A stretch of DNA of 64,000 nt from Octopus vulgaris (Eukaryota). A program made the position numbers and the translations under genes. The stretch is taken from assembly GCA_951406725.2 (NCBI GenBank), contig OX597834.1, positions 11,470,001 to 11,534,000 of the forward strand, written 5' to 3'. This document shows positions 27,873 through 41,676 of the stretch, piece by piece. The notes under the pieces were generated by a model. That model ran no database searches. It was not told where the DNA came from and saw nothing but the letters and a program-made list of their open reading frames with translations. The first letter of the stretch is position 1; the number at the start of each line of letters is the position of its first letter.

Positions 27873-28774
27873 CCTCCTTCATCCCTTTCTTCCTGAGCGT
27901 CCAATAATACTATATTTGTTCCGCGTCCTCGCGTTGTTGTGTTTTCTCTTTGTGTTTTCATGTTTGGATTAACTCTCTCTCTCTCTATATATATATATGT
28001 GTGTGTGTGTTTGTGCTTATATGTGTTCAAAGCTGCATCGGTGCTGAGTCGTTAACTGGTTTCCCACGTGTTCGTTCCGCAGACGATTGGGATTTTGCTT
28101 GACAGTGCTTGATCCATGGATATGGAAACTAATCTGCATTCGATCGGCTTGAAAAGCGTTAAGACACTAGGTTATTTTCCAACCTTCCTTAACATGAAAC
28201 CATTATTAGATTTAATTCACAAATAACGAAATCATATCTTCCATAGCACTAATATATATATATATACACACACATACCTGGACGGTATATTTCAAATAAC
28301 ACTGAGAGCAAGTGTAAAAAAGGCAGACATGATAATCTTTCGGAAGCGTAAGTAAATTTAAAAATACGCACAGATATACCTAGCGTCGCCATAAATATTC
28401 TGTTGAACAACATGTGTTGGTAATGAGAAATTGTACAGAGATGTACAGAGAAAAACATACACGAAATATCCCCCGGAGAATTCTATACAAGGGCTGATGC
28501 AATTTTGGGGGAAGGCATTAAGTCGACTGCATGGACCCCAGTGCGTAAATGGTACTTATTTTATCGACCCGGATATGATGAAAAGCAAAGCCGACCTCGC
28601 CTGTCAAGAACTCTATTTGACGTTTCAGCAATTTGGGTTTTATTTGTTTTTTTCTTTATTTTTATGGATGAAGTTGCCTGGCTCCATACTAAATAGATTC
28701 TGGTTTCTGGGGAACGAACAATGCTATGAATTTTCTACTTCGTCAAATCGGCAGCACAATATAGTCAATACAGA

Positions 28775-29325
28775 AGGCGTCGACCTGGCGGAATCGTTAG
28801 CGCTCCGGAAAAATATCTTAGCGACATTTTTTTCCCCTATTTTACGACGATTTCGGGGCCGATAAAATAAGAACCTATTTCTTTACTACCCACAAGGGGC
28901 TAAACACAGAAGGGACAAACAAGGACAGACAAACGGATTAAGTCGATTATATCGACCCCAGTGTGTAACTGGTACTTATTTAATCGACCCCGAAAGGATG
29001 AAAGGCAAAGTCGACCTCGGCGGAATTTGAACTCAGAACGTAACGGCAGACGAAATACCTATTTCTTTTCTACCCACAAGGGCTAAACACAGAAGGGACA
29101 AACAAGGACAGACAAACAGATTAAGTCGATTATATCGACCCCAGTGTGTAACTGGTACTTATTTAATCGACCCCGAAAGGATGAAAGGCAAAGTCGACCT
29201 CGGCTTTGCCTTTCACCCTTTCGGGGTCGATTAAATAAGTACCAGTTGAACATTGGTGGAGGGATGTAATCAACTAACCCCTCCCCGATAACTGCTGGTC
29301 ATGTGTAAGAATTTGAAGCCAATAT
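28775..29325. mobile_element. Old family Z SINE (+) interrupted by a young tail-A dimer (-)
   Basis: Plus-strand head 28775-28870, minus-strand units 28874-29204 (184-bp period), plus-strand remainder 29205-29325. Confidence 0.75.
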
Positions 29326-29809
29326 AGTCAATACAGAGAAAGAAATGTGTGTAGTTCGGTATATTTGTATATTTAGTTCACACACACAAACAAACGCATA
29401 TAAAATCACGTGTGTATATAGGAGTGTCTGTCTGTATGTATGTATGTATGAATATACAAACATCTTTGTGTGTGAGTTTGTGTATATGCGTTTGTGTGTT
29501 TGTATGTATATATATATATATATGTGTGTTTGTGTATGCATGTAATGTGTGTGTGTGTGTGTGTGTGTAGGCATGTGATGCATTGTATGTATATCGGAAG
29601 ATGGAAGATGTAAATACAACTTAATGATAGACATTTTTATGTGTGAATAGTCGAATATAACTGAATGTGCTTATATATATATATATATGTTCTCTCTCTC
29701 TCTCTCTCTCTCAGAATATAAATATACTGAGAGAGAGAAAGAAAAAAATAGAGATCTTTATGTAAGTATGAGCGCGTACGTACATATTCATACATTCTGT
29801 GCGCGCGTG

Positions 29810-29846
<37 letters not shown>

Positions 29847-29860
29847 TATGAGTGACAGTC

Positions 29861-29932
<72 letters not shown>

Positions 29933-30198
29933 CCCTCACCACCGCTTGATAGCCGGTGAGGTATCTTTACGTCTCCGTAACTTAGGGATTCAGAAAAAGA
30001 AACCAATAGAATAAACAGGCTTAAAAAATAAAAATTCTGGGGTCGATTCCCTCGAGATGTTTATACAATATGGCCGCACTCTAATGACTGAAACAAGACA
30101 TACGGAAGATGAAAGATGAGTTAAATTTATCCACAGCAGGATTTGAACTCAGAGCGCCCAGTAGCATATTAAATTAAATAATTGTCTCAAATTTTGCT

Positions 30199-30720
30199 AC
30201 AAGGGCAGCAATTTTGGGGGAAGGCATTAAGTCGACTGCATGGACCCCAGTGCGTAAATGGTACTTATTTTATCGACCCGGATATGATGAAAAGCAAAGC
30301 CGACCTCGCCTGTCAAGAACTCTATTTGACGTTTCAGCAATATTTATTTCTTTATTGCGCAAACGAGTCTGAACATAGAGGGGACAATCAGGAACAGACA
30401 AAGGGATGAAGTCGACTGCATCGACACCAGTGCGTAACTGGTACTTATTTTATCGACCCGGAAAGGATGAAAGGCAAAGCCGACCTCGCCTGTCAAGCTT
30501 TGTATTTGACGTTTCAGCAATATTTATGTCTTTATTGCGCACAGCAGGCTAAACATAGAGGGGACAATCAGGAACAGGCAAAGGGATTAAGTCGACTGCA
30601 TCGACTCCAGTGCGTAACTGGTACTTATTTTATCGGCCCCGAAAGGCTGAAAGGCAAAGTGGATCTGGCTGGTATTGAACTGGGAACATTGAATTAAATA
30701 ACGCTAAGCATTCTATTTGA
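30199..30720 (-). mobile_element. SINE family Z variant trimer with ~180-bp period
   Basis: Three cores joined via CGACCTCGCCTGTCAAG..TATTTGACGTTTCAGCAATATTTA. Confidence 0.75.
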
Positions 30721-31274
30721 CGTTCCAAAAGTATTGCCACTTCGCTGCTACAATGGGGCGATGTGGACGTGTTTACAGAAATAAGGCAGCTATAGTTTCT
30801 ATTCTGATTGGTTTATTATTTGAGATATAAATAGCAAACCTCGCGTGCTGAATGTCGATTTAGCTAATAGGGTTCGGTTCATGTCGGGTCAATTGAGGTC
30901 ATTGAAGGACTGTAATTTATGTGTTTTTCCTTTTGTGTTGGCGTATGTGCTATGATGGCGAACACAAGTATGTGTGCGAATAAATGTGTGTAGTTCGGTA
31001 TATTTGTATATTTAGTTCACACACACAAACAAACGCATATAAAATCACGTGTGTATATAGGAGTGTCTGTATGTATGTATGTATGTATGTATGAATATAC
31101 AAACATCTTTGTGTGTGAGTTAGTGTATATGCGTTTGTGTGTTTGTATGTATATATATGTGTGTGTGTGTGTGTGTATGCATGTGATGCGTATGTATATC
31201 GGAAGATGGAAGATGTAAATACAACTTAATGATAGACATTTTTATGTGTGAATAGTCGAATATAACTGAATGTG

Positions 31275-31318
<44 letters not shown>

Positions 31319-31455
31319 CTCTCTCTCTCTCAGAATATAAATATACTGAGAGAGAGAAAGAAAAAAATAGAGATCTTTATGTAAGTATGAGCGCGTACGT
31401 ACATATTCATACATTCTGTGCGCGCGTGTATCTCTCTCTCTCTCTCTCTCTCTCT

Positions 31456-31499
<44 letters not shown>

Positions 31500-31607
31500 C
31501 TCTCTTGTACCTCACCCTATATATATATATATATATATATAAAAGTTCCCCCATATATATATATATATATATATACCATATATATATATATATATTATTT
31601 CCCTTAC

Positions 31608-31638
31608 AAACCTGAGCAACACCGGGCGATACTGCTAG
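31608..31638 (+). mobile_element. Possible Helitron 3' terminus
   Basis: Short GC hairpin CCTG-AGCAACAC-CGGG followed 8 nt later by CTAG|T. Confidence 0.5.
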
Positions 31639-31917
31639 TATATATATATATATGTGTGTGTGTGTGGCTACCGTACAAGTGGCAATGCACACACCAACTC
31701 AAGGCTATATGGCGGTCTGTAAAGTCCTACGATTGACCTGATGGGACCGGAAACTTATTTTAACAAAAGCTGCTTGCAGTACATGCTATTTATCAATCAT
31801 ATCTCAAACTGGCAGTAAATACAGGCGATACCCAGGTATGATGCCTTCACATAGGTATATACATAGATAATAATATGCATAAAGGTTATATTTCATCGCA
31901 CACTACTCATAGTAATC

Positions 31918-32235
31918 TGGAGGCGCAATGGTCCAGTGGTTAAGACAGCGGACTCGCGGCCGGAGGATCGCGGTTTCGATTTCTTGACCGGGCGTTGTGT
32001 GTGTTTATTGAGCGAAAACAGCTAAAGCTCCACGATGCTCCGGCAGGTGGTGGTGGCGACCCCTGTTGTACTCTTTCGCCACAACTTTCTCTCATTCTTT
32101 CTTCCTATTTCTTGAGTAACGCTGCGATGGACTGGCGTCCCGTCCAGCTGGAGGGAACACATACGCCTTAGAAACCGGATAATCGGGCCCATGAGCCTGG
32201 CTAGGCTTGAAAAGGGCGCATAAAAAAACAAAAAA
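31918..32235 (+). mobile_element. SINE family X, tail type b, full length
   Basis: A/B boxes, A-rich end, 13-bp TSD ACTCATAGTAATC at 31905-31917 and 32236-32248. Confidence 0.9.
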
Positions 32236-32259
32236 ACTCATAGTAATCAATTCTCCTAT

Positions 32260-32770
32260 ACCTAAAAGGCCAGAAATTTTAAGGGAGGCACTTGACCAAT
32301 CACATAGAGCTCAGTGCTCAACTAGCATTGATTTTATCGATCTCTGAAAAGGAGGAAAGGCAGCGAGCTACTAGAGTCTTTAGCATGCCGTCTAAAACTT
32401 CTGGATTCAAATTCTCTTCTAATATAAGTACAAGGCCTGAAATTTTTGGGGGAGGGATTTAGTCGATCACATCGACCCCAGTGCGTAATTGGTACTTATT
32501 TCATCGGCCCCCGAATGGCTGAAAAGCAAATATTGACCTCGACAGAAATTGAACTCAGAATGTAGCGGTAGACGTAATCCCGCTAAGCATTCCGCCCGGC
32601 GCGCTACCGATTCTGCCAGCACACCACCTTTCCTGGATTCAAAATCTGCCAAGCTCGACTTTACCTTTCAACCTTTCGTAGTCTATGAAATAAATACCAG
32701 TTATGCACTGGGGTTAATGTAATTGATTATCCTATTTCCCAAAATTTAAGGCGTTTTGCCACATTAAAGG
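32260..32770. mobile_element. Nested family Z SINE copies
   Basis: A minus-strand copy ~32415-32630 flanked by duplicated CTGGATTCAAA lies inside an older plus-strand copy. Confidence 0.65.
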
Positions 32771-32907
32771 TTATGTATAAATACATTCAAACATGCTCAT
32801 TCAAATACACACACACATATATATCTATATATATATATATAGATGCATATACGTGTGTATATGAAAGCATACATATATGCATATATATATATGTGTATAT
32901 ATATATA

Positions 32908-32940
<33 letters not shown>

Positions 32941-33120
32941 GTGTATATATATATATTTATATAAGAAAGTTTGTTTGGTAAAGCACGTGGGTGAATATAT
33001 AAGAAAATAGTAAAGTTTGAAAAAACGACAGAAGGCTTAAATGTTAAAAAATATATATATTTGTGTCAAAATGTCTGGAGAATATTGGAAAAATTTTTTC
33101 CTTTCCTTAAAATGACATAA

Positions 33121-34227
33121 TGGAATGAAAACATAGATAAACTCCTAAAATTTAAAAACCTATTGAACAGCATAAACCCAAATATACAGTTCACAATGGA
33201 ATACAACCAAAAGGAGCTCCCGTTCTTGGATATACTAATTAAAAAAATTAACCTTAAAATAGAAACAGACATTTTTTACAAAGCCACAGACGCCAAACAA
33301 TACCTTCTTTTTAATTCATGCCACCCAAGACACACTAAAACAAACATCCCCTTCAACCTTGCAAGAAGGATATGCACAATAGTGTCAGAACAAAATACCA
33401 GGAACTTTAGACTGCAAGAACTCAAAAACACCCTAATTGACAGACATTACCCAGCTCAACTCATAGAGGATGGGATCAGACGTGCAACAGAAATCAACAT
33501 AGAAACTTTAAGAAAAGTTCAACACAACAACACACCTTCCTGCGCCTATAAAAAGAATGCTTTAAGTACAATGGAGTGGGATTGAACGCAGCACCCTATA
33601 GTTGGGAAGCAAAGAAGCCTTCACCATCATCACCCAGAATTTACCAATACCACTATAAAAACCCATATATATATAAGGTATATATCTAAACATACACCAA
33701 ATATATATATAGCTACAATACAGCCTATAATCACTTAAAAGATTCTCACAAAGGCAAAATGTGTCTTCTAAAATGTACGGATGCAAAGTAAAAAAATGTG
33801 GTAGATCGAACCTGTGCAGCATGTGTGAGTTTGTGTGTATTCACGGATATAATACCTACGTCTCGATTTCCCAGTGTGTCAGTGAATTCTCAAAAGGAAA
33901 GCGTTTACTTGTGCCTCTGAAAACATAATTTATGTTATTAAATGCTCGGGCTGCCACCAAGACTACGTGGGTTCCACGGGACTATCACTCAGGCGCAGAT
34001 GCACACTGCATCGACAACAGATTGCATTCCCAGAATATAGAATGATACCTTTTAGTGAGCACATTGAGAAATGCGCAAAGCAACTACTGCCACAATTTTT
34101 AATCTTCCCATTTTACCAATGTGCTTTCGGATCATCAACACAAATGAGACTGAACAAGGAAACATTCTTCATTGAAAAGTACAAACCCAGACTCAACCAT
34201 CCGAACATACTGACACAGAGAAATTAA
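33121..34227 (+). pseudogene. Decayed Penelope-like retroelement ORF (RT C-terminus/thumb, Cys linker, GIY-YIG endonuclease), Neptune-like
   Basis: LNSINPNIQFTME..LPFLDILI..TDIFYKATDAKQYLLFNSCHPRHTKTNIPFNLARRI; linker KKCGRSNLCSMC (~33790-33825); FTCASENIIYVIKCSGCHQDYVGSTG..RCTLH..FSEH..RLNKETFFI..PRLN (CCHH). Frameshifts and stops between the blocks. Confidence 0.92.
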
Positions 34228-34769
34228 CAAGGAAATGGGAAAAAAAATGTTTAAGCGATTATCTCCCCTACACCGAAAAAATCACTCACTACCTCCCCTT
34301 ATTTAGAAATCTCCTGGAAATAAAAACAACGATGAAATACAAAATAGACAAAAACAAAATGAACGAATCACAATGGTTGAAAAATAAGAAATGTTTCCGG
34401 TCTAAGATATCATGGTATAAAAATATAAATACAAAGTCAATATAGAAAATAACATTGATATCTAAATTCGAAATTTGTAAGTTCTTAATATTTTCCAGCC
34501 AGTATAGATTTTTTTTTTATTATCTTTTTTAAAATTACTAACGGTATGGTAGCATTTCCTTCTTTGGACAGAGCTAAAATGTGTTGTATGAAGGGTAGAG
34601 GAATAATCGATAGAAGATAGCGTGTAGCGTGTAACATGTCTGTCGTCTATCGATTCTGACTGTATTGAGCGGTACAGTAAACTGCGGTCAGAAGGAACGA
34701 GGCATTGTCTGTTTCGTTTAACCAGTTGATAGCGCTTTAATATAACTAGATGGCAATATAACTAGATGA

Positions 34770-35070
34770 GGACGGTTCCAGTTGAACCGATGAACAGAGG
34801 AGCAAGTTCGTGGAATTAACATGCAAGTGGTTGAGCGCTCTACTGGTATGGATATCCTTAGTGTAATTCTAAAGGAGATTCAGCGCGGCACATCGAATAT
34901 GTTAAGGCTGGCATATTGAATTACTGGTACAGCTTATTTTTATCAGCCGAGTGTACTAGAACAACGTGAAATAAAGTACCTTGCGCAAGGACTCAAAGCG
35001 CCGCTAAGTATCGAACTACCGATATTACGATCTTCAGCCAATACTCTAACCATTTAGCCACGTTCTTCAC
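34770..35070 (-). mobile_element. Old SINE with family W-like head and tail type a
   Basis: Tail resembles 14860-15030; head and body resemble 1483-1610. Confidence 0.65.
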
Positions 35071-35160
35071 AATATTCTGAATGCATTGTCACATGAAATT
35101 ATTCCATATATGGTTAATTAATTTGTCGCTCTGAAAGTATGACTGGGTTTTCCCTCTTAA

Positions 35161-35201
35161 CACATAAAGCGTGACGGGCCACGATCCCAGCGCTTTATGG
35201 G
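35161..35201. repeat. 41-bp TTAA-flanked hairpin (possible piggyBac-type micro-MITE)
   Basis: TTAA|CACATAAAGCG...CGCTTTATGGG|TTAA. Confidence 0.45.
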
Positions 35202-36441
35202 TTAAGTGGAAATAAAACTCATTGAAATACTTCGACATTTAGTCGAGAAATGGATATTGTAAGCATATACAATCCCTCCAGTTATATATATATATATAAT
35301 TAAGGAAAAGATTAATATTTAAATGCCGATCTTATCAGGGGGCCAGCATGGGAATAAAAACTTTTCAAAGGTAATAATTATTTAAAACCACATTAAATAT
35401 GGTTTTAGAGTCAAGCTTTGACTGATATTTCCCGTGTGGAGGTATCTCTAGAAAGCCTAAATTATAATTATATATATATATATGCGTATGTATTATCCAT
35501 ATCCGTGTATGAATATATATTTATGTGACAGACATTTTTCCTATTTGCACAATACGAATACTTCATATGCATTGATATATCTAATATAGATGTGTATTGG
35601 CCGGAAAAAAATTATTATATTACACTGGCAAACTGTGCCGGGTTAACATAAAAATCAACATCTGATATGGACCAACTTTCATGTATTATATGATATAATC
35701 TTAATTTCTATTAACACTATTCGAAATATGATTGTGACAAACAAATCCATTTATTTTCCTAGGTCTCAAAATTGAGGTTTATTTCCAACCGGTAACAGAG
35801 ATGTATTATTACACATACCTATGTTTAACATTTGCGTATTAAAGTTATTACCCCTCATTTTCTGTTCTTCCCCTCTCAAAGAGAAGAAAAGAGTAATAAT
35901 TCTGCATTTATAAGAAAGGAAGAAAGAGAGAGAAACAGAGAACAGAAATGGAGGAACGGAGAAAGATAAAGGGATGAATTAATGCTATATCGCCAGTAAT
36001 ATAATTGCGACACATAATGGTATTAATGATAATAATGATTTCCTATGTTAATACAAGATCTCAACTTAGTAATGAAGCCGTGTAGTAAATTATATAGATA
36101 ACAGTACTACAATTCAAGACCGTTAATTAATTTTTCGATATTGGAAGGATAAATGGTAATGTCGTTACCAATGTGAGTGTCGGCTAGCAGTTAATGTACT
36201 GGTATATGTTTGTATATATATGTGTGTGTGTAATTTATGCGTGAGAGTGTGTACATACACATAAGGGCAAACGCATATAACTACATTTATATTTATCATT
36301 TATCCCCACGCATATGCATATATGTATATATGTGCATATCTTTGCATGTGTATATGTATATCGATATATATACACAAATCTATATATACATATATATTCA
36401 TGTATATATATTCATATACATATATACATACGTGCACACTC

Positions 36442-36478
<37 letters not shown>

Positions 36479-37643
36479 AGACTGCACATGAAGGTGGTTG
36501 TTTAGCTAGAAGTTACATTTTTTGATCGATATGCGTAATGGAAACTTAGCGGTATTTCGTCAATCATCACGTTCTGAGTTCAAATCCCACCGAGGTCGAC
36601 TTTGCCTTTCATTCTTTCAGGGTCTAGAAATTAAGTACCTCTTGCGAGCCTTATGCTTAGAGTGTAAAACAATATTTTCTTAGCGACGAAATATTTTCCT
36701 GGCCCTGTTGACAATACATACAGCTATATGTGACATTGTGGCATCCACATTATTAGACATTTTCTCTCTTTATTATATCCCGCTTCGAAAAGGTATGAAA
36801 TGTTGCTAATCCTGCTATCGGGAGGGAAAAAGAGGGCCGAATGAATGATATTTACAGCGGTAGTATATTTATGATATATAATGTTACTCATATCAAATTT
36901 TATGATAAAAGCCTAAAATTAAAGGCAAGGGGATTAATCTTATATATCTACTTAAGTACTTATTCGTACCTTAATTCTATCAACACGAGGGATGAAAGAC
37001 AAAATTTAGCTTAGTGGAAATTGAACTCCGGACGTAAAGATGTGGAAAAATACTGGAAGGTTCTATGTCCGACTTCATAATGATTCTTCCCTGCATTGCT
37101 CAAATTTCTACCTTAGGAAGAAGGTCGGAAATTTCGAATGGTCATGGTTTAGTTTGTGATATCAGCTTCACCGGCACTACATTTAATTTACCGCAGAGAG
37201 AAACATTCTATGTTGACTGCGGCGGGATTTGAACGCAGAAAATAAAGAGAACAAACATAGACAATTGTGCCATTTCCAGATAAAATTCATTGCCATCGTT
37301 GCTTTCTTCTTCTTTCTCCTCCTCCTCCTTGTTGTTGTTGTTCTTCTTCTCCTCCTTGACGTCCTTCTAATCAGACTCATGTCATTAGCCACTAAGAATA
37401 ATCTCTAATTCGAGCCTACTCTAAGCTACTAAGAATACGTGTGGCAACCTGAAGATCCACTCACCACACGCGATAGATTGGCGGTGGCACGGGCGCGAAA
37501 GCTACGTTGTTATCCTCATTCCGTAAACAGTGGAGAGTTAAACCATCCTGGGGTACAGAGTATTGGCAATGTAGACTAGGGTCTGAAAATGTTACCACAC
37601 CATAGTGGTTTACACTATGGTTCCTCTGCTTTGTCGAAGAAAG

Positions 37644-37772
37644 AGTGAGAGAAAGTTGTTGTGAAAGAGTACAGCGGGGTTCACCCCCGCCCCACCGAAA
37701 ACTCGTGAAGCTTAGGTGTTTTTGCTCAATAAATACTCACAATGCCGGGTCTGGAAATCGAAACCGCGTTCT
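37644..37772 (-). mobile_element. SINE family X fragment
   Basis: GAGTGAGAGAAAGTTGT..GGTCTGGAAATCGAAACCGCG. Confidence 0.7.
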
Positions 37773-38213
37773 TACGCTCAATTACGCTATTTTAGCTCAA
37801 TTTCAATGTTCGTTTCCTTGGTACTAGTGTGCTATTACATGTTAGGAAAGTCAGTCTAGAAAGGGAAACTCTAAAACTTGCGTACAAGTTTACGACATGA
37901 ATTTTAGTAAAATTACGACATGAATGTGTAGTAAAACCGATGCCGGGGGAAGAATTTTTAATTGATAAATAATCTTTCGCAATGCAGCGAATTGGAATTA
38001 CCGATAAGAGAATCAGTGATAAGCTACGTGCTACGTAGTTATTATGATTGACAGTTATAGATGGCATATTTCATGAAAATATTAATTCGGCATGACCGAG
38101 AAACCACAATTACTATTTATGCCACTGGAATTCAAAATACCGCCAGATACGTAATGTGTCTAATTTACATCTTATACCTATCACATACATGTATACATAA
38201 GTGTGTGCGTATA

Positions 38214-38261
<48 letters not shown>

Positions 38262-38711
38262 AACTTAACGTGGAAATATTGATATAGCGCCGGATACTTG
38301 ACGGAACCTCTCAAATGAAAGGACAGTACATAAAAACACACATATCTATAACGCTGACGACATACATCTGTTAAGGGCATCAGATCGCGTAATTTCGACT
38401 TTCTCCTCCTCAGCGGCAGACGTCCTGTAGACGTATACCAGTCCAATCTTACTGCCAGCGTTATATGAAAGCAGTGACTATTCAGGCACTAATATTACAA
38501 ATAGAAAGGAGGATTATTAAAATAATAATTATATAATTATTAGCGGCAGAAATAGTATTAATGCCAAAACGCAATCTTTATATCCAACTTTACGTGAATG
38601 TAGCGTTAGATCTTTGAATACTTCATTATGTGACAGGTGGGGACCTCATATGTACGCATGATACATACAAGCATCATATCTATATCGCTGGGAGACGAAA
38701 CTGTGTGTGTG

Positions 38712-38759
<48 letters not shown>

Positions 38760-38805
38760 GCGTAATGAGATAAAAAAAAAAAGGTATTAGAGCATTTATA
38801 GATAG

Positions 38806-38853
38806 GTCTTACAGCAGTTTCTAGGATATTAAATATATTCCTTCATCAGAGAC
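38806..38853 (-). ncRNA. Type I hammerhead ribozyme motif, GUA triplet, in (TA)n-flanked insert 38760-38895
   Basis: Minus strand GTCT-CTGATGA-AGGA(ATATATTTAATA)TCCT-A-GAAAC-TGCT-GTA-AGAC. Confidence 0.75.
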
Positions 38854-38890
38854 GGTGTGAGAGGATGGTTAATTCATAGTTAATTTAGAT

Positions 38891-38950
<60 letters not shown>

Positions 38951-39512
38951 TGTGTGTGTGTGCGTGTGTGTGTGTGTGACGAGTGATCAGGTAAGATCCA
39001 GAGATGTTCTATATTTTAAAAAATATCTAGTAGTGCTCAAATAATGTGAACTCGCACTCCGAAATCCTTATCGAGGTTATATATAAATATATATACACAC
39101 ACACACACACACACACGCACATAGATAGATGCATACATACACAATCCATACAGACGGATAGATAGATGTATCACTGTGGCTGTCGTCCTTGATGGATCGC
39201 TAAATACTTTGTCATAAAAGTGAGGAGATGGAAATTATTCTGAGGTCAGACCGATGCATTCTAGGTGCATTTGATTCTGCATTGTTTGATATTGTATGTT
39301 GTGGATTCAACAGAACGTTACGTTTAAGATATACACGCCATTATAATATGTAGCCATTTAAGTTAATCTTTAATGAGTAGCATGTACAGAAGGCTGCACA
39401 TGTGGACAGACATTGCCGAAAGCGATGCAAACGTGCAGATATACATAGAGAAATAATCATGTACACATATAATTATACATGGACACATGCTTATTTATAT
39501 ATATATATGTAT

Positions 39513-39550
<38 letters not shown>

Positions 39551-40017
39551 GTGTGTGTGTGTGTGTGTGCGTGTATATATAGGCACTTATACAGCTTAAT
39601 TATACGAATAGCTGCAGGCCAAAAATATTTTGGTCGTTGGGTTTATCTCTAACAAGACGTCATATAAAGATACTTGCTGTGCTCAAACAACCCTTTGAGG
39701 CGGAAGCAGGTGTCTAGAGTTGTAAAATTGACTTTAAAAACGTGTACTTTCCTTGAGGGCAGCCATTTCTGAGGAATTTTTGATTCATTAAATTATCATC
39801 TTTTCTCAGTTGAAGGGAATCTATCGCAATGCTTACCAGGGGTTTTCTTTTCATTCCCTCAAATCGAACTTGATATTAGTAACGAAAAATTTCTTATGTT
39901 TAGTATTTAGTTTAACTGTATAAGAAATTCATTCCCTAGCCACGGTTATACCTTTTAACGCAGCGTGGCTACGAGGACACACGCTTACGCGAGCATGCAC
40001 GATAATTTGTATACTCT

Positions 40018-40217
40018 TCACTCTCTTTTACTCTTTTACTTGTTTTAGTAATTTGACTGTGGCCATGCTGGAGCACCACCTTTAGTCGAGCAAATCGACC
40101 CAAGGACTTATTCTTTGTAAGGCTAGTACTTATTCCATCGGTCTCTTTTGCCGAACCGCTAAGTTACGGGGACGTAAACACACCAGCATCGGTTGTCAAG
40201 CGATGTTGGGAGGACAA

Positions 40218-40249
<32 letters not shown>

Positions 40250-40385
40250 GATGTTTTTTTTTTTTAGTTTCCGTCTACCAAATCCACTCACAAGGCTTTG
40301 GTAGGCCCAAGGTGCCATGTAGTGGGACTGAACCTTGAACCATGTGGTCGGTAAGCAAGCTACTTACCACACAGCCACTCCTATG
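40018..40385 (-). mobile_element. SINE family Y
   Basis: Reverse complement of the family consensus. Confidence 0.85.
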
Positions 40386-41637
40386 TATAATGTAATTTTT
40401 TTCTTGAACGACTGACTTGACCATCTTAAAACGTTTCGATCAGGAAATGAAAAACATAATCTATTATCAACACAGGAGCGAACACCCTTCCTAACCTTAC
40501 ATAAATATGATCTTGATTTAAGAATGATACATATTGACCAGTCACAATTTTTTTAGGCTGGAAGATGCACAAAGCATGTGCCATACAAAAAATTCATCCA
40601 TGTAAGACGCTCTCCTATTGGGGAAATCTATATTTATCATGCATGCATGCATTCATCCATGCGTCCATCTATCCACCCATCCATGCAAAAATACTCACAT
40701 ACTATCATGCTTGCAACCATACATACATACATACAAACATAAGCATATACTTATACGTTAATATACATACAACGTTACATACATACCTACATAAATAAGC
40801 AAATTTCAAATAATTTATAATACTAATTGAAATATATAAGAAGCAAAGGAAAGTTTGACAAAAAATGAAATATACTTTATATATACTATATACTTTATAT
40901 ATATATATATATATATATATAACGGGAAGCTTTATGAAAATAAACAAAAGACGAAGGCAGGTGGAGTACAAACAAACAATTGTATTAGTATGGCGCTCAT
41001 ATATATATGTATATCTATATATATATCTATATATATATATGTATTTACATATATATATGTATTTACATATATATGCAGGGCATTAAGGATACTAGAATCA
41101 GAAGTACAAGCACACGCATATTTCTCAAGAGAGTGGGTATACAAATTATTTATGCAGTACACCATTACAGACTTCTTTTTGACGAGTTTTCCAATAATTT
41201 TCATATATGAGAATTAGTGAAATATAACCCCGAGACTCATCAAATTATGCTGGGAAACGTATGCCATGAAATCCTTCACAGAGGATTACAAAGTGTGTCG
41301 CGTGTCACCTACAGTTTACGGGTGCTGTATGAAACCGTAGGTGAAAACTCAGAAAGGAAGCTTTAGTCTATTCAAGATATGTCTGGGGAGTGCTAATAAT
41401 GGATTCTTCGAATCCTAGTACACGAAACCCTGATTGGTAAAATAGGATCCAAAAATGTCTGCAATAGAATAGTGTATAAATACTTTGGACACGAAATGAA
41501 CATAGGCAAAATAGAGACACACTGATACACATGATATATATATATATATGCATATAAATATACATATATTCATGCATATAGGTATACATATATACATAAA
41601 CATATATACACATATATACCTGCATATAAATATACAT

Positions 41638-41676
<39 letters not shown>

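Noticed and set aside
37290-37620. Arg/Lys-rich ORF and GC-richer stretch
   Set aside because: The ORF comes from mixed trinucleotide repeats; the adjacent stretch has no assignable motif.
41383-41450. Degenerate hammerhead candidate (CTAATAA..GGATTC/GAATCC..GAAACC..GGTA)
   Set aside because: No stem I, mutated core, and stem II is not adjacent to GAAA.
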